A stretch of DNA of 49,604 bases from the NCBI RefSeq assembly GCF_001194135.2, contig NC_068996.1, positions 36,677,006 through 36,726,609 on the forward strand, in the 5' to 3' direction. Below are positions 36,111 to 48,835 of this stretch, in pieces (the first letter of the stretch is position 1; every line of letters begins with the position of its first letter). The DNA comes from Octopus bimaculoides. Its lineage: Eukaryota. A program made the position numbers and the translations under genes. The notes under the pieces were generated by a model that did no database searches, was not told the origin of the DNA, and was given only the letters and a program-made list of their open reading frames with translations.

Positions 36111-37424
36111 GAGAAAAATTGAGCCAGTGAAGATAATTGAATAATAAAGTGCCAAATGAACTAAGGATGCACAACCTCATGAAGGAGGTGACAAGTGACT
36201 GCAAGAGGGGCTAAATGTTGTGGAGGAGAAGACCTTTATGATCCTTACAAGCATGTGAAAATGACACATACATTGCATATTTTTATATTACTTGATTCAG
36301 TTATCAGATTGCAACCATGCTGTAACACCAACTTGAAGGATTTTAGATGAACGAATTGACCCCAGACCATTTATTTTCTTAAAGCCCAGTACTTATTCTT
36401 TATTTCTCTTTTGCCAGGTGCTAAGTATTGGGGATGTAAACATGCCAACACCAGTTGTCGAATGGTGTTGGTGTGTTTATATCAAACACAGATGTACACT
36501 CACACACACATATGTATGTATGTATATATACAATAGGTTTCTTTTCAGTTTCTGCCTACCAAATCCACTCACAAGGTTTTGGTTGGTCTGAGGCTATAGT
36601 AAAAGACACTTTCTCAAGTTGTCATGCAGTGAGACTGAACCCAGAACCATGTGGTTGGGAAGCAAACTTCTCACTACACAGTTGCACCGATGCACATGTG
36701 TTTCAAAGCATGTGTATGTGTGTGAACATATGTATACACACATTCTTCACACAGGTTTGTATAGTTAGTAATTCTACTTCACAACCACATTTCCATGTTC
36801 AATCCTGCCGAGTGGAACCTTGGGTAAGTGCTGTCTCTTTTAGCCCTCGGGTTGACCAATACTTGGTGAGTGGAATTTGGTAGACGGAAACGGAACAGGA
36901 GTCTGTGAAACATCATTTATCACCACCATTACAATAGTTCTAACATCTGCTTTTTAATGCTTGCATGGGGATGATGGAATTCTTTCAGGTACATTATTTA
37001 TGGGTGGATGCCCTTCTTGTTGTCAATTCGCACGCGTTTCCAAAAACGGTAATATTTCCTTATGATCAGAGGTCTTTTCACAGATGATTGCAAATGAGGG
37101 CTGTCAATTGTATGACAGTTATGCTTGTTTATAACTATCATGCAAGCACACAATTATATATACATGCATGTGTAAACAGGCTTCTTTCATTTTCCATGTA
37201 CCAAATATATATATACACATGTATATACATGAAGAAACATTCAATACATAATGAGTGTATCTCTTTAGGTAATGGGGGTGGATGCCTAGGAACATCCCTG
37301 AACAGAAAATATTACAGTTCTCCCTTCATATCATATAGCAGTATAGCATAAGGAGAGATTTGGTTACTATTTCAAGCTTCTTCAATAGCTTTGTTCATAC
37401 AACATATCTGCAGAATAAAACAGC

Positions 37425-38088
37425 AAACGGCAGAATTGTTAGTGGGCTGGACAAAATGCTAAGCAGTATTTCATCTGCTGCTACGGTCTGAGTTCAAATT
37501 CTGCCAAGGTCAACTTTGCCTTTCATCCTTCTGGGGTTGATAAATTAAGTACCAGTTGCTAATTGGGGTCGATCTCATCGACTGCCCACCCCCTCCCAAA
37601 AAATTTTGGGCCTTGTGCCTATAGTAGAAAAGATTATTATTATTATTATTAAGGGAGCAAGCTGGCAAAATGCTTAATAGTATTTCATCTGTCTTTATGT
37701 TCTGAGTTCAAATTCCACTGAGACTGACTTTGCCTTTCATCCTTTCAAAATCGATAAATTAAGTACCAGTTGCATACTGGGGTCGATCTAATAGACTGGC
37801 CCCCTCCCCAAATATTTCAGGCCTTGTGCCTAGAGTAGAAAAGATCATCATCACCACCACCACCACCACCACCACCATCATCATCGTTATTATTAAGGCA
37901 GCAACCTGGCAAAATGCTTAACAACATTTCATCTGTCTTTATGTTCTGAGTTCAAATTCCACTGAGATCAACTTTGCCTTTCATCCTTTCGGGGTCGATA
38001 AAGTACCAGTTGAGCACCGGTGGTCAATGTAATCAACCAGCCCCACTCTCTCAAACTTGATGGCCTCGTTCCTAAATTTGAAACCAAT
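37425..38088 (+). mobile_element. Three head-to-tail family A SINEs
   Basis: Copies start at about 37425, 37651 and 37894. A-box-like CTGGCAGAA and B-box-like GAGTTCAAATTC; linkers are (ATT)n and (ATC)/(ACC)n. Confidence 0.8.
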
Positions 38089-38296
38089 ATATCTGCAGAA
38101 TGTCACCTCAGGTCACATTCTGCTTCTAGAAAAGGCAACTTTATATCACTTACAGCCAAAAACAACTAACAGAGTATGAGAGCAACAGAAGCCAGAGTCA
38201 ATACCACAATACCTTGAACCAGTACAATAGCAATGAAGGTAAGTTAATAAACAATTTTATTTAGCAAGCCACTCCTTTGTGACCACATACCTACAA

Positions 38297-38504
38297 TTAA
38301 CCATTTAGTTTTTAAACTGACCATATCTGGCCCAATTATTCTACCTGCTTTATGTTCAAATAAGCTAGACTGAGCTAATCATACCTACCCTACAATGTCA
38401 TTCTAAAAATATACAAACACATCATTGAAACTTTGATTAATTCAAAACAATGTGAATAAATAAGCATCACATTTGACAGAGTAATCTGAATGCTAAAGGG
38501 TTAA
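38297..38504 (+). mobile_element. piggyBac-type MITE, family 1
   Basis: Same TIRs and body as the 13689 copy. Partial copies also at about 32772-32905 and about 26980. Confidence 0.72.
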
Positions 38505-38769
38505 AGGTGTCTTTACTGAGGAGTTCTACAAATGAATTTCTCTCAAACTACTACCACGAGACTTCTTACACACATGCTCATTCAGCCACATTGTCACTTG
38601 ATCTGCATGAAATACCAGTTAAATCTCACTTAATTCACTATCATATTATAATGATAGGGACACACTGAATAATATAATGCATCTCCTTGATCAAAATTAG
38701 CCAGACGTTAACAACAACAACTAGTGCTGCAGCATGGCCAGTCAAATGGCTGAAACAAGTAAAAGAATA

Positions 38770-38815
<46 letters not shown>

Positions 38816-39139
38816 ATTTAGTAGAAGTAACAGAGTGACTCAAGGTCTGATAGTTTTGTGTGTTGGCACTTATCAAACCCACGAAACTTATGCCGAAGAC
38901 TGTAAACATCAACAACATCAATGTTCATTTTAAAGAACTTCCAAGTTGACAATGGAAAAGAATTCCAGATGGATGGAAGCAACAAGGGATGGGTGGAGGG
39001 ACGGTATTGTTGAAGAAGGGAGTGATGGATGGGATCATAAGGTGGGGGTGATGGTGGTGCTTATGCACTACTAGTTAAGTCCAAGGAACAGAGGCCATCA
39101 AAGAAACAGTAGAAAGGACAGAATGAGAAAACAGTAGTT

Positions 39140-39400
39140 TGAGTGTATTGGTGAATAACACCAGGTCAGTCACTCAGGACAAGATGCTTGCAAATGTAAC
39201 ATTACCAACAAGGTCACAGATGTGGGAAGAATGTTCTATTGAGGGTTTTGGATATCTGTGTATTTGTTGCAGCAGTGTTGTTCTGCATGTGGGAGTAGTA
39301 CTCCACATAAGGTCTAGGATGTTTGTGCATGTGTGTGTTGCAGTTTTGCTGTTCCAAATGTGAGAGAAGCACTCCATTGTGAGTCTAGGACAATGGTTAC
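39140..39400 (-). mobile_element. Possible CR1-type LINE remnant
   Basis: PSIEHSSHIC resembles the CR1-type PxLEYCSHIW motif; otherwise heavily decayed. Confidence 0.3.
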
Positions 39401-39698
39401 CAATCAGGGTCCATATGCCACCCCCACTCCCAGGAGGGGGAGGGGGTTTCATATAAGATATTTTGTTAATATTTATGCGCAATAAAATTGCGTATATTTC
39501 TACAATACACAAAATATTAACTTAGAAACAGCGCTGTGGATGTGCCAACACACATGAGCTTGAGACAAGGTCGCCCTTCTCATGAGGAATTCCAGAAGGA
39601 GCTTTGTGAGACCACTGCAGAGATTCTTCTGGATAAAGAAGAAAGTTTCAGTAACCATTGGCAAACTGATTATAGCAGAGACTCGATCAATTCCTAGT

Positions 39699-39740
39699 GA
39701 TATCTGAAGAAGGAATTTTTATATTCCGAAATATTATTAT
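39699..39740 (+). ncRNA. Second hammerhead-like core, different sequence family
   Basis: CUGAAGA A GGAAU-UUUUAU-AUUCC GAAA U AUU. Core and stem II are intact and stem III is the palindrome AUAU, but stem I has only 2 Watson-Crick pairs. Confidence 0.45.
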
Positions 39741-41051
39741 GTCAGACTATGGATAATTAAATCATAATAGTTATTATAGTCCACTCTGCATTGTTGTGCC
39801 ATTCAAGACATGTTATATTTCACAAACAAAATATTAAAATTTTAATATAATTCCTAATAATATTTAATTATAAAAATACAGTAAGATACTTTTTCTATAT
39901 ATACAGTGACCGACTATAGAGTTCCAGTAGAGTAAAATAGAAATCAAAGGGTCCATAGGAACCTACGTCTAATAATGGCTTCTGATTTAAACAAAAGGCC
40001 ATCAATGTTGAGAAAATGTGGGTGTTTACTCAATAACACATACCTCAGAGCTTGACTAGTATTTCATTAACTCTGAAAGGATGAAAAGTAAAGTTTATAT
40101 TGGTGGGATTTGAACTTGGAATGTTTCTTTCCCTGCTTTCACAGATTCCCATGACTCTCTGTCACCATCCAATTCCATCCATTATTATGAATTTGAATTG
40201 GGAGCTTGAGTCATCGTGAATCTGATTACACAACCCTAGACACCACCCCTATGGGTGCATTGCAGTTACTCTCTCTTGATAGAGGCTGGTAATCCTGACC
40301 GTTGATCTTCTAACATTCCTCTGCTCAGCATCAATCTAAGAAGCACCATTGGCTCAGTGGGACTCTTCTGCTACCTCTTCACAATCCACCATGCTGCACT
40401 CCATGACTTCATCATACCCCTGGCTGGGTGGCTGAATGGGTGCTATACCTTGCCAAAGAGCAACCCATAAATATGCAGGACATGATCGTCATTCAGAATA
40501 TAAAGAGCTGAAACACTGCAAGACATTTTCCTAAAGCTCTAATGATACTGTCAAGTCAATGAAATCTAAAGATACAATGAAATAATTACTAAAACTGTAT
40601 AGGGTAAACTATTGATTATATCAAATACCATCAATAATTTCAGGCCAACCAAAGCCTTGTGAGAAGCCTATTGTATATGTGTGTGCATGTCTTCGTTCCC
40701 TTACCACTTGACAACTGCTGTTAGTTTGTTTATGTCCCCGTAACCTAGCAGTTTGACAAAAGGGACTGATAGAATAAGTACTAAACTTAAAATAAAAGTC
40801 CTGGGGTTGATCTGTTCAACTACAAAAACCCTTCAAAACAGTACCCCAGTATGGCTAAAACAAATAAAAGATAAGATAGATTTTGTGCCATGAGGAGAGC
40901 TAAGTTCTGGTATTTCAGATGGTGCTCTTTTTCAAAGAAACTAGAGAGCTTAGTCCCTCCTCATAACACAGAAAATTTATCCCATTTTACAAGTCAAAAC
41001 AATTAAATGCCCTTTCTTCGTGTGTGTGTGTGTGCACATGTATATATATAT

Positions 41052-41100
<49 letters not shown>

Positions 41101-41189
41101 GGCACACACACATATATACATAAACATGACACCAAAATAAGCCTTCCACACACACAACATTTAAAAAGAATGATGAAAATCATTGTTAC

Positions 41190-41382
41190 CTGTATCATTC
41201 TCCATAATTGGAGAATTAACAGCATGCAAGGACTTGCGTGCTTGCTTTTCCAATGAAGCCTGTTGCTTGGCTAGTTGCTCCACCATCTCCTCTAGCTTAA
41301 GTCTCTGCTCGTGTTCATTCTGTAGTAATTTTTGCCATCGCTTGCCAAGGTTTTGGGCAAGCTTCAAGTACTGAGAACAAGC
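41190..41382 (-). CDS. OSBP: OSBP exon A (coiled-coil/dimerisation region), 193 nt, phase 0 to 1
   Basis: ttttgcag|GCT...ACAG|gtaaca. Translates ACSQYLKLAQNLGKRWQKLLQNEHEQRLKLEEMVEQLAKQQASLEKQARK..., which closely resembles the mammalian OSBP segment ACRDFLMLAQTHSKKWQKSLQYERDQRIRLEETLEQLAKQHNHLE (recalled, not aligned). Confidence 0.93.
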
Positions 41383-41757
41383 CTGCAAAAATACCAAAAT
41401 GAAATTTAATTTAAAAGCTGCAAACAGAAACTGAACCTTAAAATAAATCTTATATTCTTGTAAATCAGCAACTTTAAAAAGGAGAAAAAAAAAATAAAAG
41501 AGGCACCCCTTCTCAAAACTAAACATTGTTGAGATTTAAACTTGAAAGAATTAATATTGGAAATTATGCTTGAGATATGCTTTTTTCTTCAAGGGTTCAC
41601 AGAGTCTACACAAAACAGCATTTCATTACAAATCTAAGCCTTTTGCTATCTCATTGTTGTGACCTTGCATACAGAGGCCTGCTATCACATCCATAAAACA
41701 TGTACTCTTTAAATATATTCTGTTTTAATTATTGCTGCTATTATTATTATTATTATT

Positions 41758-41903
41758 CAGTAGTCACGTGCTTTCACTGCTCTTGTTTTCATTGCATTGA
41801 AAGTGCTTTAAGTAGGACGTGTGCGGTGCTAAGAAGTGCTATTTTCTGTGTATTATATATATTCATAAGTTCTGGTGCTTTGGTTAAGTATTTGTCTGAA
41901 GGT
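41758..41903 (-). mobile_element. Second, diverged R4/Dong-type LINE 3' fragment
   Basis: Minus strand reads DKYLTKAPELMNIYNTQKIALLSTAHVLLKALSMQ*, with (AAT)n on both sides on its sense strand. Confidence 0.65.
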
Positions 41904-42892
41904 TTATTATTATTATTATTAGAAAAACAATAACATAAATTGATGAAGATAGGGAAAGCAATGCTATGAAATTGCCTCTCTTCACAGTGTATATAAAATT
42001 TAAACCCCCCCCCCCCAAAACATCAATTATAATGCAGATGCTTTCTTGATCAAATGAACTACTTTCTCAAACATTTATGGTGAAAGCGGCTGAGTATTCT
42101 ACAGACGTGTGTATTTAATGTATCTCTCAGAGTGAATCAGTGTGACACAATATGTGAGAAGGGACATTTGAATTAAAAGGTACAAGACCATCCAACAGGC
42201 TTCCACAGTTTTCATTGACCCACTTTCACTGTCACAAGGGTTTGCTGTAGTGGTGGAGGTTGCAGTGGGCCCAAAGGTATGATTAATGAACAACAATTTC
42301 CCAAGATACCACCCAGTGGGATTGGTCCCAGGACCTCATGATTTTAAAGCAAATGTCTGAGTTACTCAACAATGCTTACACCGTAGTTGAAATATATACA
42401 TACATTACATGGTGTGCACATGTGTGTATACACACATCCTGGAGGTAACAAGTAGCCTGATCAATTACTGCTGAAATTTAATGGATGGTTTAATTAATGT
42501 AGGAGGAGATGGGAGCAGAACAAAAGTTGTTGTTGGTCAGATGGCAAAAACTGCAATATTTTGGTGATGTTTTTAAGGCCCAGAAACTCCGTGCTCACAT
42601 ATTCAGGGGTCGGGCCACTGAAGATGGAGAAATGACACCAAGAAGCGGATGGAGAGGACCCTGGTAGAATGTGTGGCTGCAGATTCAGATAGAGAACCAT
42701 TGTAGTTGAGCCTGAGGTCCTAGACATTGAACCCCTAATAACAGGCAGATCTCATTCATGTATGCAAAACAGGTGAAAAACATATTTGTTGCCTGAACTG
42801 TATATTGAAAGAAAATGTCACTGTATTTTGTGCAAGACTTATATATATAAATAAGTTGTCCAAACAATAATATAATGAATGAAATATAAAGT

Positions 42893-43298
42893 GCAGATGT
42901 GGCTGTGTGGTTAAAAAACTAGCTCAACAATGTGGTTTCAGGTTCAGTCCCACTGTGCAGCACCATGGACAAATGTCTTCTGCTCTAGCTCAGAGCTGGC
43001 CAAAACCTTGTGAGTGGATTTGGTGGACAGAAACTGAAAGAAGCTTGTTGCATGGTACGTAACCATGTATTGACATAATATGATGGTTGTAAATAAGCAT
43101 CACCCTCATACAAATGGTGATATTTATTTCCAGTCAACCACTGTAAAAACAGGTTTAGCCAAGGGAAAAAAACATCTTAATTGGAAACAGGTAAAGGTTG
43201 CCAACAGGAAGTGCATCTGGCTTTAGAAAATCTGCCACAACAAATTCCATCTGACCCATGCAAACATGAAAAAGTGGACGTTAGAATGATGATGATGA
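42893..43298 (+). mobile_element. tRNA-head SINE, family B
   Basis: GTGGCTGTGTGGTTA...GGTTCAGTCCCACTG head and a (GAT)n tail. Related copies at about 4770, 11880, 26620, 36480 and 36770. Confidence 0.7.
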
Positions 43299-43699
43299 CT
43301 GCAATGACCTTATCCAACACAACAAATATATAGAACTATATACAAGCAAACAGCTGGTTGTAATCACCTTGATGTTTTGTAAAGAGAAACAAAATAATTC
43401 AGCTGATATTTCTACATAATGTGACTGTGTTTTAAATTGTAAACAAGTTTATAGTGTAAATATGGTTAATGAAAGAAATAGCATGGACAAAATCAGTTTT
43501 ATATATAATTACTCATAGTTTATATGTGTATTTATCATTCTTGGCAAAAATAGTTTCAACTTTCTAATAAGCAGGAGCAAATCATCAACGAAAGCAAAAT
43601 TAATTTATTAATAAAAATCAAAAACCCATACTTGGTTTTGTTAGAACTTTAAAAAAATATATCCAAGTCTAATGGCTTCAATGCATCATAGTTCAACAA

Positions 43700-43855
43700 G
43701 TGCAGATGTAGCTGTGTGGTTAGAAGTTTGCTTCTCAACCACACGGTTTTGGGTTAAGTCCCATTGCATAGCACCTTGGACAAATGTCTTCTATCCATCC
43801 TCAGACTAACCAAAGTCTTGTGGATTTGGTAGGCAGAAACTGAAAGGCCATTGTA

Positions 43856-43896
<41 letters not shown>

Positions 43897-44128
43897 ATAC
43901 GTGCTTGTGTGTAAGAGAGTGACTGCCCCCTTGTCTTGACATCACACAAAAGTGTCACTGTTGTACAAGTGGTGTACTTTGTTTCCAATCATCCGTGAAA
44001 ACATGTCTGGTGATGGTTGGAAACTGCTGAAGGTTGGCAACAGGAAGGGCATCTGGCCATAGAAAATCTGCTTCAACAACTTCATGCATCCTATGTGAAC
44101 ATGCAAAAGTGGGCACTAAAACGATGAT
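43700..44128 (+). mobile_element. tRNA-head SINE, family B
   Basis: Same head and tail as the 42893 copy, with an internal (GT)n. Confidence 0.7.
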
Positions 44129-45509
44129 TATATACACACAGACACACACACACAGATTCAATCAACTATTAGTGCCACTGACTGAATTGTTAATTCGATA
44201 TATATTTCAGCTAGTTTCTTTTTATTTTATATCTTGCAGGGATAATAAAGTTCCCTATGAACAAAATTTGTCTGCCTGTCTGAATATCTATCTGCCTATA
44301 TATATATATATATATATATATGCATTATAATTATCAAGTGAAATTATTAGTTCATAGCAAACAAGTTGTTTGTCAGAATGCTTGAGACAGTGGTGAATAA
44401 GATGTTACTAACTGTGATAAACATCATTATCAAGAGATAATTATGACAGAGTTTAATTTATTCCATTCCATTTTCTATGTCACTTTGTTGGGTTTCTATT
44501 AGTGATGTTCATGCATCTGCCAATCCCATAAAAGAACCATTTCTTAACATATACCAAGTACTGCTTTATTATCTTAACAGAAGGAGGTAGTTTATGCTTA
44601 GTTTTCAGAGCATTTACCTAAAAGATTTAAAGCATCCATGAAGTAGTTCAACTGGTTTTAGGTGGAGAGATTAGATTAATAAGTGAACTGAGATTATAGA
44701 TTTTTGAGGGTTTTTTTTTTCTCTTTTTTTTTTATATTGGATTATGGATTAAAATTAACACTTTAGATTCCATTATACAGTTTATATTTGGGGGAAACAG
44801 CTCAAGAAATGTTATGATGAATCATTTCAAATATCACCTCTGGAAACATGGGTGCTTCGTTCAACATACTTAAACAAACCTTATTTGGGGACCTTTTGAG
44901 CAGCATGGGCGACTCAATCTGAAAAAAGAATTCTAAGTGGGCCCCACCTGCATGTTCATGCACAATTTATCTTGATACGAGATCACCATGTCATGCACAC
45001 ATGGTTGTGATTCATGTGCCTGGTGTACCCTTATCAGATATGTAGTTATGATGGGTATATTGATCCACATGTATTTGCACCCCAGTGTCACTTTGATGGC
45101 ATGCACTGCTCTTTCACTCAATAATGATAATAATGCTTTTTAATTTTGGCCCAAGGCCAGCGATTTTGAGGGGAAGGAAAGCCGATTGCCTCAACCCCCC
45201 ACCCCCCAAATGGTCAACTGAGACAAATTTTGCTTGACCCCCACAAATATCACGAAAGGTACAGCCGACTTCGCCGGTATTTGAACTCTGAAAGTAAAGA
45301 GCCGGAAGAAATGCCACAAAGCATTTTGTACGGCATGCTAACGATTCTGCCNNNNNNNNNNNNNNNNNNNNNNNCAATTGGAGAGTGGGAGGGGTAAGTC
45401 GATTACATTGAGCCCACTGCTTGACTGGTACTTTATTTTATTGATCCCGAAAGGATCAAAGGCAAAGTTGAATAATAATAATAATAATAATAATAACAAT
45501 AATAATAAT

Positions 45510-45793
45510 GTCGATAGATATGACAGGTTAGCTTGGGAGGTTAAGCAGTTGTGGTCAATGAAAAAGGTACCAATAATTGTCGGAGCCCTGGGAACAGTGA
45601 GCAAAAATCTTGAGAAGTACGTGGAACAAATAGGGGCTGCAATAAGGGTGGAGCACTTGCAGACAACAGCACTGCTTGGAACCGCTCGAATACTCCGGAA
45701 GGTGCTCGGAAAATAAGGGATGTTACCATAGTTTACTGGTAGTGAACAGCTGGCACCGTAGTACATCTCCAGCGTTAGAAGCTGTACAAAGAC
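45510..45793 (+). mobile_element. 5'-truncated R4/Dong-type LINE (RLE C-terminus and 3' UTR)
   Basis: YDRLAWEVKQLWSMKKVPIIVGALGTVSK...LQTTALLGTARILRKVL* is the C-terminal restriction-like endonuclease tail. Flanked by (AAT)n upstream and a degenerate (AAT)n downstream. Confidence 0.75.
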
Positions 45794-45969
45794 AATAAAT
45801 AGTAATAATAACCTACTAAATGCATAAGGCCTCAAAGAAGACCAAATTTTCAGTAGAAACTGAAAACGCTAACAAGTAGTTGTCATGAATTATTTTACAA
45901 CAGCAACCAGCTGATTGAAATTAAGACAAGTACTAATTGTAGTAGTAATAGTAGCAATAAAAAAGAAAA

Positions 45970-47666
45970 AGGTTGTATGAACATAGGAGTAAGGCGGCGG
46001 CGGCGGCGGCAGTGGTCACGGTTGTACAAGGTGTGTTGGCAAAGCAACTAAACTAGTCAGCTAGTCTGTCTCTCTTTCGGAGTCGAAATATGTTATTCAA
46101 CTTTTGAACTACATATCTTAATGATTTGCAAACACACGTACACAGCCATCAATGAATAAATAATTAATAACTACGGATTAATTCGTTCTCATATCAATAG
46201 AGTGGTCCACTGGAGATAGAAGAAAAGCACAGATGGTGTGCGTGTCAGATACGTTCGTCCGGCCGCAACCACAGTAACTCACTCGCCGCTCTCCTTTGTA
46301 GAACAAATTCACTTAGAAAGAAAGAAAGAAAAAAAAACGACCCCCCCCCCACTATCTGCGACATTGTAGAAGTAAAGATAAAAATATATAATAAGGATCT
46401 AACATTATGGCATAAACAATTATCAAGACATGTCAAATCTAGATACTAAACTAAATGCCAAAAAAACGTGTTTTTACTCAGTAATTCTTCCGGCGGTGTA
46501 TGTGAGGTAACACGCACTAATTCACTGCTGGTGTCAAAATAGAACTCTACAAAAGAAAGCCATGGTGGTGGTAGTGGTAATGAGGTGGTGTTATTGAATT
46601 ATTAGAAATATTTTAAACTAGTTTCATGTCAAAACATTAATTCTTGGCATTAACATCCCCGAATAGTAATGAATAACGAAACAGTAATTTGAAACTACCA
46701 CGAGTTGTGATAACGGCCGCTAGTTTTCGGCGACCCGGGATTGCAAACCGAATTCAATTCCACAGCTGGAACTGTATCTATCACCTGTAATTGCCAATGT
46801 TCTTAGCAGGGCACGAACATCACAACGTCATACAAACACTCCTCGATAAGACCAGGGAGAACAAGTGAGCGTGTGTACACATATACAAGAGGAATATTGG
46901 AATAGCTATCACAATTAAACCGAACACCTAGATTTTGTAATTTAAAATGTATTACATAAAAATTATTCAAATAGAATATTGTGACAACGGCAACGGAAAT
47001 ATAATAATCTAAAAGCAAGGAATGGAAAAATAAAAGCCCGTATTTCTTATGTCCATACATATGTCTTTGACACAATACTAACCAATGACCTAAACTAGCC
47101 AATAAACATGCAACACAATAATGATGATGATAATTGTTCATTTTGAAAGACAGAACATTAAAAGAGAGACAAGGGTAGAATTCAGAACACAGGCAGATTA
47201 ACTTTCTAGCAACTTCTCCAAAATAACATCTGACAATCTGATTTATGGAGCTAAATATAAAATCTTTGGTAGTAGAATAATAGAAAATAATATACAAAAT
47301 ATATAGCAGGTGGTTTGTAGAGAAAACAAGCCATTTGTGTCAAACTCTCTCTCCCCGCCACACACACACACAAAATCAAATCATTCATATATCTTCACCA
47401 TAAATTATGTACTTTAATCAAAATGTTTTTAATAACAACACTGGGGAATGTTCGAATGTATATATGCATATATGTGTTGTTAATTATGTGGCTTTAAATT
47501 TGTTTATTACGGTGTCTAATTAGACGGAAAGGTCCCTAATTACGACAAGCCTTTGTACAATCGTTGGATAATAAAACGTACACTATTAATACGAAACTAC
47601 TTTCTGAGATATCAATGACATACTAAATAATAGTAGTGCGAAAAACATAAATGTCCGTCCCGAGAG

Positions 47667-47725
<59 letters not shown>

Positions 47726-48796
47726 ACGTGGAATTTGTTTTTACTGTGTGTATATATATATATGCATACATAAACATTCATACATAATTACGTAGCTATA
47801 TGTAAGTTGTGAGCAAACTTCACAAAGATGGTAAGATAAAGTTGTAGTTTTCGTTAAAAAGCTGACATGATAAATAAAAAAAAAATTCAAGATTTGAAAA
47901 TAGGACCCCCCCCCCCACAAAAAAAACAGAAAGGAAGAAAAGCTAAAATATCTCTGCTGTACAATCTGTATCTATCATAGACACGCTGGCATGGGACGTG
48001 TGTGTATAAGGTGTATGTGTACAAGAGGCAGTCTCGTTGTGAAATATATATATATCTTAAAATGTGGAAGAGTGGTTTATGAATAACGATGACGGGACGT
48101 GATAAGGGGTCAGCAATTAAATAATAATAAAGGATGGGATCATAGGGAGCTCGAGGCGGGCGAGAGTTACTGTAATATGCGTGTGTGTGTGTGTGTGTGT
48201 GTGTGCCACAAGTACAACAAAATGCCAACTCACGTTTATCTGCCTCTCTAAAAGACATTCACCTGCCGCACAACTGAACGAATGTGACAAGCTGCAGTGG
48301 TAGTACTACAAGTAATAGTAGTAGTGATGGTGGCAATCGTGGTAGTAGTAGTAGTAGTAGTAGCAGCAGCAGCAATTACTACTGCCGCTAGTAGCTAAGG
48401 CTGCCTGGCTGACTGCCGGTCCACAGCCGCCAACTAGGCTTTTTTTTCTTCTTTTTCCCCTCTCAGCTGAGAGCACTGTTGCTATAATATATTAGGATAA
48501 GATGAACATCAGCAGCACCGTACCAGCTACTTCTTCTAACGACTACGATGACGACGAAAACTGACTACAGCAACGATTACAACATCAACAGCGCCGACAA
48601 GAAAACGGTGAAAATTATACAACAAAGGGAGAAAAAGTAAATAAATGACAGAAAAAAAAAAGAGAAACGAAAAGAAACCTACATTAAACAGAAATGGATA
48701 GACAAGGGTGGATATACCTATTCTTGAGTATGATGGTGAGGCGGGGGATAACAAGGTGAAAAGAATGGATGTGTGCGCGTGGCGTGTGTGCACAGA

Positions 48797-48835
<39 letters not shown>

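Noticed and set aside
40143-40223. Pre-miRNA-sized hairpin
   Set aside because: A large asymmetric internal loop (11 versus 6 nt) and a 19-nt terminal loop do not fit a Drosha/Dicer substrate.
41383-48262. PH-domain and NERATLFRITSNAM-type OSBP exons
   Set aside because: A manual scan for the expected codon patterns found none. They are inferred to lie beyond position 49604, though a diverged short exon could have been missed.
48440-48564. Plus-strand acceptor followed by a 20-codon ORF (MNISSTVPATSSNDYDDDEN*)
   Set aside because: No partner exon or homology was found, and purine/pyrimidine-skewed low-complexity tracts like this are common in 5' UTR regions. An antisense transcript cannot be excluded but is unsupported.
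177-48793. Most ORFs in the supplied six-frame track
   Set aside because: They are translations of (CA)n, (TA)n and (AAT)n microsatellites or SINE bodies (poly-YI, HT, CV, N runs). Only those overlapping the OSBP exons or LINE fragments show recognisable motifs.
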